This document shows positions 1-10,492 of a DNA stretch of 64,000 nt, one piece after another. Source of the stretch: Longimicrobiales bacterium (GTDB lineage Bacteria > Gemmatimonadota > Gemmatimonadetes > Longimicrobiales > Gaopeijiaceae); contig CBDFIQ010000002.1 of the NCBI GenBank assembly GCA_965248195.1, positions 128,001 to 192,000 of the forward strand, given 5' to 3'. Within the stretch, counting starts at the first letter, position 1. Every line of letters begins with the position of its first letter. A program made the position numbers and the translations under genes. Under the pieces are notes generated by a model, which did not search any database, was not told the DNA's origin, and was given only the letters and a program-made list of their open reading frames with translations.

Positions 1-608
1 CCCCCAACGCCGAGGGGGACAGCATCAACAACGGGGCCGATGACGACGCCTCCGGGACCGCGGCAGTCCTCGAGATCGCCGAGGCGTTTGCGTCGCTTCC
101 CACGAAGCCGAAGCGCTCCATGATCTTCTTGTTGGTGAGCGGTGAAGAGAAGGGCCTTTGGGGTAGCGCGTATTTTGCGGAAAACCCGCCTGTGCCCGTC
201 GAGCGCATGGTGGCTGACCTGAACGCCGACATGGTCGGACGTAACTGGCCGGACACGATCGTTGCGATCGGCATGGAGCACTCCGATCTCGGCGAGACGC
301 TCGGGCTCGTGAATGAAGCGCATCCCGAACTCGGAATGACGGCTATCGACGACATCTGGCCCGACGAGCGTTTCTACTTCCGCTCCGACCACTACAACTT
401 CGCCCGAAAGGGAGTCCCGATTCTCTTCTTCTTCAACGGAACCCACGAGGACTATCACGGGCGTGACGACGAGGTGGATCGCATCGACCCAGAGAAGGCG
501 GTGAGAATCAGCCGGTTGATCTTCTACCTTGGATACGAGTTGGCCAACCGCTCTGAGCGCCCCCGATGGAATCCCGAAAGCCGGCGCCAGATCGTAACGG
601 ACCGGTAG
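1..608 (+). CDS. M28 family metallopeptidase (5' partial)
   Basis: Frame is open from position 3: NNGADDDASG, SGEEKGLWGS, NADMVGR, RSDHYNF, EDYH motifs. Confidence 0.92.
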   Translation, partial: PNAEGDSINNGADDDASGTAAVLEIAEAFASLPTKPKRSMIFLLVSGEEKGLWGSAYFAENPPVPVERMVADLNADMVGRNWPDTIVAIGMEHSDLGETLGLVNEAHPELGMTAIDDIWPDERFYFRSDHYNFARKGVPILFFFNGTHEDYHGRDDEVDRIDPEKAVRISRLIFYLGYELANRSERPRWNPESRRQIVTDR

Positions 609-664
609 CGTCCAGCACGGACCTTCTCCGGAGCATGGCTGCGGCACTTAGGTCCATCAAATGG

Positions 665-698
665 AAAAAAATGCCCCCGCCCTGGAGGGCGAGGGGCA
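665..698 (-). terminator. Rho-independent terminator after the STAS gene
   Basis: GC hairpin tgcccccgccc-tgga-gggcgaggggca next to A7 on + (U7 tail on - strand). Confidence 0.7.
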
Positions 699-725
699 CG
701 GAGAGCGGGGGAGGCCCAGTCGGTG

Positions 726-1043
726 CTAGTTCAGCGGTCCCCAAGGGGATCTGACCCGAATGAAGAGGTCGTCCAGGCCCATCGCCTCGAGCACGGACCA
801 CGCGTTCTCCGGCAGCCCCATGAGCCACACCTGGCGATCTTCGGAGTGGGCGAGGCGTTGCGCGGTCAAAAGGAGCGTAAGTCCCTCAAAATCAACGACA
901 TGGGAGTCTGTGAAATCGATCAAGACATCCGACTTGGTGTCTTCTGGGACGTGTACGGCGACTTCGGGCACGGCTTCAACGACGGGCGTTACCGCCGGGG
1001 AGCTTCGGCCCCAAGTGTTGCTGTCGTGTCCGCTCATGACCAC
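726..1043 (-). CDS. STAS-domain protein (anti-sigma antagonist-like)
   Basis: VLIDFTDSHVVDFEGLTLL...VLEAMGLDDLF STAS pattern; the usual phospho-Ser (DSxG) is replaced. Confidence 0.7.
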   Translation of the reverse strand: MVMSGHDSNTWGRSSPAVTPVVEAVPEVAVHVPEDTKSDVLIDFTDSHVVDFEGLTLLLTAQRLAHSEDRQVWLMGLPENAWSVLEAMGLDDLFIRVRSPWGPLN

Positions 1044-1099
1044 CTCCTCGTTCAGATCGAGGGAGCCGGCGATGCGATGCCGGTCCGATCTGACTTAAC

Positions 1100-1115
1100 T
1101 TCAAGAGTCGTGCCA
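1100..1115 (-). promoter_or_regulatory. Sigma54-like promoter (imperfect -12)
   Basis: TGGCAC-GACTC-TTGAA on - strand upstream of STAS gene. Confidence 0.4.
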
Positions 1116-1264
1116 CAGCGGAGAATTCCCTCGGATTGGCCGCAAAACCGGTCCGCCCGATCTCGACATGGCGAAACGTGGATCTCCGTGGAAGATTAAG
1201 GACCCGGAGTCGTGCGGTTGGGCTCGGGATCAGATTGCCATCGGAGTCGGTCGAGGAGGCAGCG

Positions 1265-1816
1265 TTGAGTCGATTACACGGAGCCATGGTTGGGGCGCTC
1301 GGGCTCATGAGCGCGATACCGCTTTCACTTGCGGCCCAACGGCGCGTCCCCGACCAAACGGACATCGACGCTTATCATGCCACCGTAGCCCGGGCGTTCT
1401 CCCTTCCCCCCGATGAGGTCGGCATTCTTTCGGAGTGGCCACTCGACGCCGATGAGATCGCGGTGGTCCTGTTCGTCGCCAGAAACGTGGGGGTCTCGCC
1501 CGACGCGGTGGCGTCGCTCAGAAGCTCTGGCCTTACCTGGGCGAGCATTCTGCGAACGTATTCCGTGGGTCCTGGTGCGCTGCAGATCTCCTTCCCCGCG
1601 GGGACCAGTCTGGGACCTCTCGAAGAGACGTACCGTACCTTTTCGGAGACACCGAGAACCTCCTGGGCAACGATCGACCTTTCAGATCAGACAGTGATCG
1701 CACTGGTGAACATTCGAATTCTCGCGCGGGAGGTCGGGGTCACGGTCGGCCGCGCGCTCCGGACCTGGGATGGTGTGGGAGACTTCGTCTTGGTTCACCA
1801 AAGGATCACAAGGTGA
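1265..1816 (+). CDS. Hypothetical exported protein
   Basis: TTG start after GAGGAGG; signal-peptide-like N-terminus; GTGA overlap with next gene. Confidence 0.6.
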   Translation: MSRLHGAMVGALGLMSAIPLSLAAQRRVPDQTDIDAYHATVARAFSLPPDEVGILSEWPLDADEIAVVLFVARNVGVSPDAVASLRSSGLTWASILRTYSVGPGALQISFPAGTSLGPLEETYRTFSETPRTSWATIDLSDQTVIALVNIRILAREVGVTVGRALRTWDGVGDFVLVHQRITR

Positions 1817-2499
1817 CCCAGGCAATGGGAACGCCCTCGGGACTCGTGCCGTTGTCCAGCTACGTCGAGTTGCCTGCGGATGAGATGCGGGAGCGTGCGA
1901 GTGCATTCCTGAACGAGGCTCAGCGCCGCCGTACGGTCCGTGATTTTTCCGACCGGCCCGTTCCCCGAGACATCATCGAAATGTGCATCCTCGCGGCTGG
2001 TACCGCACCAAACGGAGCCCACCGGCAACCATGGCGTTTCGTGGCCGTTTCGGATCCGGAGATCAAACGAGTCATCCGTGTGGCTGCCGAGAAGGAGGAA
2101 CAGGCGTTCTACGGGGGTCGCGCGCCCGAAGAGTGGCTAGAGGTTCTGGCACCCCTGGGCACGGATGACACGAAGCCGTTTCTCGAAAGGGCCCCATACC
2201 TGATCGTGGTTTTCGGAGAGAGCTACGCGGTCGACAAGGGCGGTGAAAAGAGCAAGAACTATTACGTGACCGAATCCGTGGGTATCGCCACCGGGATGCT
2301 CATCACCGCTGTTCACCGAGCCGGTCTCGTTTCGTTGACCCACACCCCCTCACCGATGGCATTTCTTAATGAGATACTCGGGCGGCCCGAAAATGAGCGA
2401 CCCTTTCTGATCCTGGTAGTAGGCTATCCCGCCCCTGACGCAACCGTCCCGGAACTCCGGAGGAAGTCGTTGGAAGAAATCGCGACCTTCCTCGAATGA
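1813..2499 (+). CDS. iyd: Iodotyrosine deiodinase-like nitroreductase-family flavoprotein
   Basis: [18 protein letters not shown], lid EKEEQAFY...[14 protein letters not shown] motif of the IYD subgroup. Confidence 0.85.
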   Translation: MTQAMGTPSGLVPLSSYVELPADEMRERASAFLNEAQRRRTVRDFSDRPVPRDIIEMCILAAGTAPNGAHRQPWRFVAVSDPEIKRVIRVAAEKEEQAFYGGRAPEEWLEVLAPLGTDDTKPFLERAPYLIVVFGESYAVDKGGEKSKNYYVTESVGIATGMLITAVHRAGLVSLTHTPSPMAFLNEILGRPENERPFLILVVGYPAPDATVPELRRKSLEEIATFLE

Positions 2500-4421
2500 T
2501 GGAGCAGGCCGTCGCTTCCGAGATGGGAAAAGGCTCGATCCGTGCCTTTACGAAGGCCCTTCTCAAGGACCTCCAGGCCCTCGAACGGATGCTGGATGAG
2601 GGCCTGATCGAGTCCGGTGTACGCCGGTTTGGTTGCGAGCAGGAAATGTTCCTGGTCAACCAGGCTTGGCGCCCCGCGCCGGTCGCCATGGAGGTTCTCG
2701 ATCGGCTCGAGGGAGGAGCGTTCACCACGGAGTTGGCGCGCTTCAACCTCGAGATGAACCTCGAGCCCATGATGCTTGGTGGCGGTTGCTTTAGCGCGCT
2801 CCAGACCAACATCGAGGAACTCCTGGACATGGTACGTGCGGCCGCGAGCGAGGAGGGCGCAGATGTGGTTCTGGTGGGCATCCTTCCCACCCTCGGCAAG
2901 TCTGACCTCACGCTCGACAATATCAGTCCGATTCCGCGGTACTATGCTCTAAACGAGTCGCTGACGAGGATGCGTGGGGGGGCGTACAGGCTCCAACTCG
3001 AGGGGCATGACGAACTCCAGATCGAACACGATTCGGTGATGCTGGAGGCGTGCAACAGCAGTTGTCAGGTTCACCTTCAAGTCGACGCGGTGGACTTCGC
3101 GGCGATGTATAACGTTGCCCAGGCCATAACCGGCCCGGTCCTGGCCGCCGCCGTCAATTCGCCCATCCTATTCGGCAAGCGTCTCTGGGCCGAGACCCGA
3201 ATCGCTCTATTTCGCCAATCCCTTGATACGCGAAGCACTTCGGTTCACCTCCGCGATTTCAGCCCACGGGTGCGATTCGGTGATCGGTGGGTGAAGGAGT
3301 CCGTGACCGAGCTTTTCCAAGAGGACATCGCCCAGTTCAGGGTGTTGTTGGCTCAGGAGACCGTGGAGGATCCCTTCGAGCAATTAGCGGGCGGGGGCAT
3401 CCCTCGACTGCAGGCGCTCCAACTCCACAACAGCACAGTGTATCGGTGGAACCGGCCCTGTTATGGAATTTCGGAAGGGAAATCCCATCTCCGCATCGAG
3501 TGCCGCATGTTGCCCTCAGGCCCGACCGTGCTGGACGAGGTGGCGAATGCGGCTTTCTGGATCGGCTTGGTTCTTGGCTTGCAGAGCGAATACGGCGACA
3601 TCACGGAGAGGCTGAGCTTCGACGACGCGAAGCACAACTTCCTGACGGCCTCGCGCCAGGGGCTCAACGCCGGATTTCACTGGGTCGATGGAGAGACGGT
3701 TACCGCGCCGAAGCTCATTCTCGAAACGCTGATTCCGTTGGCTCGGAGAGGCCTGGAGTCATCCGTCGATCGATCCGAAATCGACAAATATCTCGGTGTG
3801 ATTCACGACCGGGTTGAGCATTGTGGGACCGGCTCCGAGTGGATGATGCGCTCATTGTCCCAGATGAAGGACCGCGGTACGCGCTCCGAACGCATGACGG
3901 CGCTTACGGCCGCCATCGCCGATCGGCAGATGGAAGGGAAGCCCTGCCATGAGTGGGCGTTGGCGCGGCTGGATGAAGCGGGCGGTTGGACCCAGAATTA
4001 TGTGAAGGTGGAACACTACATGACCACCCAGCTCTTCACGGTGCAGGAGGATGAGCTGCTCGAGATGGTGGCCTTCTTGATGGAGCGGAACCAGATTCGC
4101 CACGTGCCGGTGGAGGATGATCAGCATCGGCTGGTGGGTCTGGTATCGTATCGATCCATCCTACGGATGATCGCCAATGTGGGGAGCGAAAGGGACAAGG
4201 GGACCACGCCCGTGAAGACGATCATGGAGACGGATCCGGTGAGCGTAACGCCCGAGACCTCCACGCTCGAGGCCATCGACCTGATGCGGAGGAAGGGCGT
4301 GTCCTGCCTGCCCGTGTTGAAAGGCGAAAAGCTTGTGGGGCTCGTCACCGAGGCGGACTTCATGCCGATCGCATACCAGCTGCTGGAGAAACAGCTGACG
4401 GAGGCAGCCAAGGAGGAGTAA
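2496..4421 (+). CDS. Glutamate-cysteine ligase family (GCS2) protein with C-terminal CBS pair
   Basis: [34 protein letters not shown]; two CBS motifs at C-terminus. Confidence 0.85.
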   Translation: MMEQAVASEMGKGSIRAFTKALLKDLQALERMLDEGLIESGVRRFGCEQEMFLVNQAWRPAPVAMEVLDRLEGGAFTTELARFNLEMNLEPMMLGGGCFSALQTNIEELLDMVRAAASEEGADVVLVGILPTLGKSDLTLDNISPIPRYYALNESLTRMRGGAYRLQLEGHDELQIEHDSVMLEACNSSCQVHLQVDAVDFAAMYNVAQAITGPVLAAAVNSPILFGKRLWAETRIALFRQSLDTRSTSVHLRDFSPRVRFGDRWVKESVTELFQEDIAQFRVLLAQETVEDPFEQLAGGGIPRLQALQLHNSTVYRWNRPCYGISEGKSHLRIECRMLPSGPTVLDEVANAAFWIGLVLGLQSEYGDITERLSFDDAKHNFLTASRQGLNAGFHWVDGETVTAPKLILETLIPLARRGLESSVDRSEIDKYLGVIHDRVEHCGTGSEWMMRSLSQMKDRGTRSERMTALTAAIADRQMEGKPCHEWALARLDEAGGWTQNYVKVEHYMTTQLFTVQEDELLEMVAFLMERNQIRHVPVEDDQHRLVGLVSYRSILRMIANVGSERDKGTTPVKTIMETDPVSVTPETSTLEAIDLMRRKGVSCLPVLKGEKLVGLVTEADFMPIAYQLLEKQLTEAAKEE

Positions 4422-4457
4422 CGCCACGACTCGTGAGGCAGATGGAGGAATCCGTGG

Positions 4458-4904
4458 ATGTGCGGTCGGTATAGCCTGACGACGCCGGTGGACCATCTCA
4501 TCGAGGTCTTCGACGTTCCCCCGGTGACGTTCGACTACCGCCCGCGGTACAACATCGCTCCCTCACAAGATGTGCCGGTGGTCGCTTCCGACAGGCACGG
4601 CGCAAGGCTGGGCTTGCTGCGCTGGGGACTCGTACCTGCCTGGGCTGACGATCCCGCGACCGGTTCGCGAATGATCAACGCCAGAGCCGAGACCTTGCTG
4701 GACAAGTCCTCTTTCAGGGAAGCCGCCGTATCCCGGCGTTGCCTTGTCCCGGCCGACGGATTCTACGAATGGTCGAAGGAAGGTGGCCGCAAGGTTCCGT
4801 TTTGGATTCACCCTCCGGACCGCGAGCCAATGGGGTTGGCCGGGATTTGGGAGCGCTGGCATCCCGAGGGACCCGAGCCCGTCTACTCCACGGGTCGAGC
4901 TTGA
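4458..4904 (+). pseudogene. SRAP (YedK/HMCES) abasic-site protein, 3' truncated
   Basis: MCGRY start, RYNIAPSQ, WGLVP, INARAET, ADGFYEW; homology stops near 4890 before the TILT/HxRMP region. Confidence 0.8.
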
Positions 4905-5796
4905 GAAGCGGCATCCGCCACTCGGCGGCGACCGCCTTGGCGCACAGGCTCTTGCCACATCCGGGCACGCCCAGGAGCAGCATGCCACGGGGAAAGCTCA
5001 GGCCGAACTCCTCGGCTCGCTCCGGCTGTGTGACCACGGCCTTCCGCTTCCCCAGCCACGCTTTCAGGCTGCGGAGGTCCGCAATCTTCGAGAGCGCCGC
5101 CTCCACTGGGTAGTACTCCAGCAGACCATCCTTCTCGACGATTGCGATCTTCGCCTCGATCACGTGGCGAATGTCCTCCACCGCGAGCTTTCCGTCCTCG
5201 ATGATCGCCTTGGTCAGGATCTTCTTCGACTCCATGAGCGTGAGTCCGGCCAGGTGCCGAACCAGGAGTGTGATCTCGTCCTCGGTCAACGCCATGTCGA
5301 CATGCTGCCGCTTGGTCACGTCCCGAACGATCTGGGAGAGCAACTCCTTGTATTCCTCATGGGTCGGGCCCGGCATCGTGACGACCGTCGCCATCCGCTC
5401 CACGGCGTCGGGGAAGGGAATTCCCCGCCCAGTCACGAGAATCGCTCCACCGACGCTGGAAACCGTCTCGGCGGCCTCCTTCATCTGGGCAGCCAGGACG
5501 GCGTCTTGGTTCAGATGTGGCCCGAGATCCTTGAAGTGGTAGAGTCCGGGCTGATCGGATGCCGCTACGTGACGAAAGGCCTTCGCGGGATTCTCGGTGT
5601 CGTACACGGTTCCAGGTAGGTCCACTCTGCCCAGGCCCCGGACACGAGTCCAGGCGAACAAGGGCTGGTCGAGGCGGTCCGCCACGTGGAGGAGAAGCGC
5701 GGAGACGCGATCCTCCTCCTCGGTATCGAGATGCAGCAACTGGTGCCCTGAACGGACCAGGAGCACCAGGTCGTGAACCGGACCGATCTTGCTCAC
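4889..5796 (-). pseudogene. AAA+ ATPase (Ycf46-like), 3' truncated
   Basis: Walker A GVPGCGKS present; homology ends at LLKLDP before Walker B and the frame runs into antisense SRAP. Confidence 0.8.
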
Positions 5797-6929
5797 GTAG
5801 CACTCCTCGATTGCTCTTCTGCGGCATCGAATGCGGCGGCCAACCGTTCCAGGGCTTCCTCCAGTTCGGGTGCTGGTGGGCCGAAGCCGAGTCGTAAATA
5901 ATGGTCCATTCCGAAGTGATCTCCCGGAACTACCAGTAGGTCCGTCTCTGTCCGTAGGGTCTCTGCAAATTGAGTGGAATTGATCGACGGACCATAGCGC
6001 GTGTAGCAGATCGCGCCTGCGTCGGGAGCCCGATAACTAAACCGGCCTTCCTGACCATCCATCCAGCTCGACAACAGGGCGAAATTGCTGGTCAGAATGC
6101 TGCGCGTTCGTGCCAGGATCTTTCGTCTCGTATCGGGTTCCAGCGCCACGCAAGCCAGCGTGTCCGAAAGGCTCGCCGTGGTGATGGTCGTGTAATCCTT
6201 GCGGCCCCACAGAGCTTGCATCATCTCGGCGGGCCCCACCACCCAGCCTATCCGAAGCCCGGGCAATCCGTAAGCCTTGGACAACGAGTTTGTGACGAGG
6301 ACCCGATCGTGAAGGCCCCAGAACGACGGGGTCTCGGGACCGTCGAGCTCGGCACCTCGGTAGACCTCATCAGCGAGAATCCATGCCCCGTAGCGGTCGG
6401 CGAGTGCGACGATCCCAGACATGGAAGTTTCATCGAGGACGGCACCCGTCGGGTTGTTCGGATTGGTGACCAGAATGAAGCGGGCGCCGTCCCCCAGGCC
6501 CTTTTCCAACTCGTTCAGGTCGGGCTGCCAGCCCTTCTCTTCCACTAGGTGGAACGGGTGTGTAGGCGCTCCGAAGCTCTCGAGCAGCCCCGGAACCTGC
6601 ATGTAGTTGGGAAGCATGACGGCTACCGAGGCCTCCGGCTCCATGAGTTCCCAAAAGGCTGTGAAGTTGGCCTCCGCTCCGCCGGTGGTCACCAGTACCG
6701 ACGCTTCGGTCGCGCCGGGATAGAGCTTGGCGATCAGGTTCCGGAGCTCATCGCTACCGTTGGACTGCCCATATCCGAGACGGACGTCGAGGGTTTCCGG
6801 TGGCCGGTCCGCCAACGAAAGCAACTCCGTTACGGAGAGTGGGTGTACCCCACTCTCCGATAGGTTGAAGCGAACGCGGTGCTCGTAGGTGGACTGCCAC
6901 CGTTCCATGACGAAGGGATGGTACTTCAC
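5793..6929 (-). CDS. Class I/II PLP-dependent aminotransferase
   Basis: NPNNPTG, DEVY, SLSKAYGLPGLRIGW. Confidence 0.93.
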   Translation of the reverse strand: MKYHPFVMERWQSTYEHRVRFNLSESGVHPLSVTELLSLADRPPETLDVRLGYGQSNGSDELRNLIAKLYPGATEASVLVTTGGAEANFTAFWELMEPEASVAVMLPNYMQVPGLLESFGAPTHPFHLVEEKGWQPDLNELEKGLGDGARFILVTNPNNPTGAVLDETSMSGIVALADRYGAWILADEVYRGAELDGPETPSFWGLHDRVLVTNSLSKAYGLPGLRIGWVVGPAEMMQALWGRKDYTTITTASLSDTLACVALEPDTRRKILARTRSILTSNFALLSSWMDGQEGRFSYRAPDAGAICYTRYGPSINSTQFAETLRTETDLLVVPGDHFGMDHYLRLGFGPPAPELEEALERLAAAFDAAEEQSRSAT

Positions 6930-7063
6930 CTACAGATCCTCCCGGCCTGAGCGATTCGGATTCGCGCTTGGAAATTAATCCTGAAACATCGTATCGGCTT
7001 CAAGGTCCCGCTATGTTTTCCGCGAAAGAAAGGGTTCTTCACAAGATTTCTCAGGACGAAGTC

Positions 7064-8284
7064 ATGTCGCACGCCTCGCTCCCCCATGACCTCGCTGTCC
7101 ACCGCGAAAGTGGTGGAACGATCATCATGCTTGTCATGGATGGGTTGGGCGGCTTGCCGCATCCGGACACGGGTTCCACCGAGCTGGAATCTGCCGCGAC
7201 CCCCCAACTCGACGCCCTCGCCGCACGGAGCTCCTTGGGCATGCTGGCTCCGGTAGGGCACGGAATCACGCCGGGAAGCGGACCGGGACACCTAGCGCTC
7301 TTCGGGTACGATCCCATTGAGTCGATGATCGGGAGGGGCGTACTCAGCGCGCTGGGGGTCGGGTTCGAGCTGCAGCCCGGGGACGTTGCGGCCCGCCTCA
7401 ACCTGGCCACCGTCGATCGTAAAGGAGTCGTGACGGACCGCCGGGCCGGACGTCCGTCGGACGAGGACGGGCGGCGCGTGATAGAGGGGGTCCGTGCCAG
7501 ACTTCGCGCTCCGGAGGGAGTCGAGGTGACGCTCATTCATGAGAAAGAGCACCGCGCCGTCCTCGTGCTTCGGGGCGAGGGTCTGGGGGCTGGTATCGCG
7601 GACACCGATCCGCAGCGCACCGGTCTCACACCCGTTCCCGCCACTGCCACCGGGGCGGACCCGGCGTCCGGGCGGACGGCGGCGATCGTGCAGGGCATCC
7701 TCGAACAGGTTCGGGAGATCCTCGCGGACGAGCCTCAGGCGAACTCGTTCCTCGCGCGCGGATTCGCGGCGTTTATGCCCTACCCCACATTTGAGACGCG
7801 GTATGGCCTCCGAGCGGTCGCGGTGGCGAGGTACCCCATGTATCGCGGCGTGGCGAGCTTGGTCGGCATGGCGGTCGAGGGGGTGCCCGACTCGAACGAA
7901 GGCAGCGTCGAGATGCTCGAGGGGCACTTTGGCGCCTACGACTTCTACTTCATCCACTTCAAGGACACGGACTCCCGGGGTCATGACGGTGATTTCGAAG
8001 GGAAGGTCGCGGCCATCGAAGAGGTGGATGCCTTGTTGCCTCGGATCACGGACCTCGGCGCCGACGTGCTCATCGTTACTGGCGATCACTCGACGCCGGC
8101 CCTTTACAGGGAGCATACCTGGCACCACGTGCCAACGCTCGTCGCTTCGAACTGGGCACGGCCCTCGGCGGAAGTGTTCGGGGAGTCGTCTTGCCGAGAA
8201 GGGGAGCTCGGGGTCGTGCCGGGCAAGGATCTGATGTCCTTGGCCCTCGCGCATGCCGTCCGACTCGACAAGTATGGGGCGTGA
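7064..8284 (+). CDS. apgM: 2,3-bisphosphoglycerate-independent phosphoglycerate mutase (ApgM type)
   Basis: MDGLGG, TPGSGPGHLALFGYDP, DSRGHDG, TGDHSTP. Confidence 0.9.
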   Translation: MSHASLPHDLAVHRESGGTIIMLVMDGLGGLPHPDTGSTELESAATPQLDALAARSSLGMLAPVGHGITPGSGPGHLALFGYDPIESMIGRGVLSALGVGFELQPGDVAARLNLATVDRKGVVTDRRAGRPSDEDGRRVIEGVRARLRAPEGVEVTLIHEKEHRAVLVLRGEGLGAGIADTDPQRTGLTPVPATATGADPASGRTAAIVQGILEQVREILADEPQANSFLARGFAAFMPYPTFETRYGLRAVAVARYPMYRGVASLVGMAVEGVPDSNEGSVEMLEGHFGAYDFYFIHFKDTDSRGHDGDFEGKVAAIEEVDALLPRITDLGADVLIVTGDHSTPALYREHTWHHVPTLVASNWARPSAEVFGESSCREGELGVVPGKDLMSLALAHAVRLDKYGA

Positions 8285-9089
8285 CGGACCGCCTCCCCAG
8301 GACAACTTCTCCATTTTCCGTGAGAGGTACGCGGACCCCCATTCCGTCGTTGCCCTAAGGATGGAGCAGGAGGTATTTGGTCATTCGTCTGGAGTGGATG
8401 GCTTTACCACCCTCGAGGAGGCGGATGCCCTGTCCACCGTTCTAGGCGTAGGGTCCGGGTCCACGGTCCTGGACCTCGGCGCCGGTCGTGGTTGGCTCGC
8501 GGGTTATGTCGCCGAAGCGAGCGGCTGTCACGTGGTTTCGTCTGACATTCCCACCGACGCCCTCGTTGAGTCCAACCGGCGATTTTCTGCCCAGGGCTTG
8601 GTCGGTCGAGCAACCACCGTGGCTGCGGATGCGAGGGCTTTACCCTTTCGCCGGCAAGGGATCGATGCCGCAATACACTCGGATGTGTTCTGCTGAATTC
8701 CCGAAAAACTCTCCGTGCTGAGAGAATGCCACAGGGTGCTGAAGCCCGAGGGCGTCCTCGCCGGATACCTTATCCACACCCCGCCTGGACTCACGCCCGC
8801 ACAGGAGCAGGAGGCGGTAGATTTGGGCCCCTCCGCGGTGGGTGCCGAGCGTTCTCCGGCGGACATGGCTACCGAGGCCGGCTTCGGAGAGGTCGGTGTG
8901 GAGGACGTGACGGACACGTTCCTCGCGACCCTGGACCGGGTTATCTCGGCCCGTTTTTCCTACGAAACCCGGCTCCGCGAGCTGGAGGGGGATCAGGTTT
9001 TCGAGGACGAACAGGGCGAGAGCGAGGGAAGGCGCCGGGGAGTTCTCTCGGGGCTGCTGAAACGGAGCTTCATCGTTGCCCGGAAATGA
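8274..9089 (+). CDS. Class I SAM-dependent methyltransferase with in-frame TGA (probable selenocysteine)
   Basis: VLDLGAGRG motif I; ORFs 8253-8696 and 8715-9089 share a frame, joined as DAAIHSDVFC-TGA-IPEKLSVLRECHRVLKPEG. Confidence 0.8.
8694..8727 (+). promoter_or_regulatory. Putative bacterial SECIS element
   Basis: Stem CTCTC(8709-13)/GAGAG(8720-24), loop CGTGCT with G at position 2, loop starts after 17 nt following the TGA. Confidence 0.55.
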
Positions 9090-9157
9090 CGCACTCCGGG
9101 GAGGAGGCAACCGTGAGTAGCGCTACCCACCGAGTCCGTTAACTTTCACGAGCCCTC

Positions 9158-10492
9158 GTGCCGGACCCCCGGCCCGTGCCTCCACAAAATGTGAGCGCCA
9201 TGCTGTCGATCCCAATCGAGCGGTTCACGTTGGATAACGGCCTCCGGGTAAATCTCTCCCACGATGCCACGACCCCGGTCGTCGCGATCAACCTTTGGTA
9301 TGGCGTGGGATCCCGGAACGAGCGCGAGGGCAAGACCGGATTCGCTCACCTGTTCGAGCACATGATGTTCCAGGGCTCCGAGCATGTGCCCAAGAACCGG
9401 CATTTCGAGTTGATCGAGAGGGCAGGGGGCTCACTCAACGCGACCACTTGGTTCGACCGGACCAACTACTTCGAGACCGTCCCCTCACACCACCTGGAGC
9501 TCGCGCTGTGGCTCGAGTCCGACCGTATGGGGTGGATGCTTCCGGCCATGACTCAGGAGAAACTCGACAATCAACGCGATGTCGTCTTGAACGAGAAGCG
9601 GCAGCGTTATGACAACCAACCCTACGGCGACTGGGACGAGTGGATTCAGGCGATGGTGTTCCCGGAGTCCCACCCTTACCACCACACCGTAATCGGATCG
9701 ATGGCGGACATCGAGGCTGCCACGCTCGAGGATGTCGCCGAGTTTTTCCAGACGTACTACGTACCCAACAATGCAGTGCTGACCGTGTGTGGGGACTTCG
9801 GTCAAGACGAAGCCCTGGACCTCATCGAGCGGCATTTCGGGGGAATCCCGCCGGGTGGTGAGACCCCCGCCATTCCAGGGGAGCCGGATCTCGATCCCCT
9901 TATCGGCGGGACGGTGCGCGAGCGCGTCGAGGCCGAGGTGCCTCTCCCACGCGTTCTCATGGCCTCCCGCGTTCCCACGTATACCGATGCCGGTTTCTAC
10001 GCGGCGGACGTCGCTGGGTCCGTGCTCGGGACCGGGCGGGCGTCGCGGCTTTACCGTTCCCTGGTTCGTGAGCGGCGTGTGGCCAAGGATGTAACGAGCT
10101 TCGTTCTGCCACTCACTTCCGGTGCGGGGATGTTGCTCACGTGGGCGACCGGATTCCCCGAGGGAGATCCGGCGGAACTCGAGGCTGCCCTGGTCGCAGA
10201 AAGCGAAGGACTCGCATCCGTAACCGACCAGGAGATCGAGCGGGCTGTCGCGCTCACGGAGACGGCGCTCGTACGGCAGATCGAACAAGTGGGGGAAAGG
10301 GCCGACCTAGTGTCGATGTTCGACCAACTCTTTGATGATCCCGAGCGGTTGAACGGCGAGTTGGAGCGGCTACGTGCGGTGACACCCGCGGACGTCTCGG
10401 CATTTGTGGAGCGTTTTCTCGGCGCAGATAATCGGGCGGTGCTCACGTATGTGCCTGAGACCGCGAAACCGCCGACTCCGAGCGTGCCGTGA
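9158..10492 (+). CDS. M16 family zinc peptidase, catalytic subunit
   Basis: GFAHLFEHMMFQGS (HxxEH). Confidence 0.93.
   Translation: MPDPRPVPPQNVSAMLSIPIERFTLDNGLRVNLSHDATTPVVAINLWYGVGSRNEREGKTGFAHLFEHMMFQGSEHVPKNRHFELIERAGGSLNATTWFDRTNYFETVPSHHLELALWLESDRMGWMLPAMTQEKLDNQRDVVLNEKRQRYDNQPYGDWDEWIQAMVFPESHPYHHTVIGSMADIEAATLEDVAEFFQTYYVPNNAVLTVCGDFGQDEALDLIERHFGGIPPGGETPAIPGEPDLDPLIGGTVRERVEAEVPLPRVLMASRVPTYTDAGFYAADVAGSVLGTGRASRLYRSLVRERRVAKDVTSFVLPLTSGAGMLLTWATGFPEGDPAELEAALVAESEGLASVTDQEIERAVALTETALVRQIEQVGERADLVSMFDQLFDDPERLNGELERLRAVTPADVSAFVERFLGADNRAVLTYVPETAKPPTPSVP

Noticed and set aside
9113..9142. 9-codon ORF after GGAGGAGG upstream of the M16 gene
   Set aside because: Too short to support without conservation data
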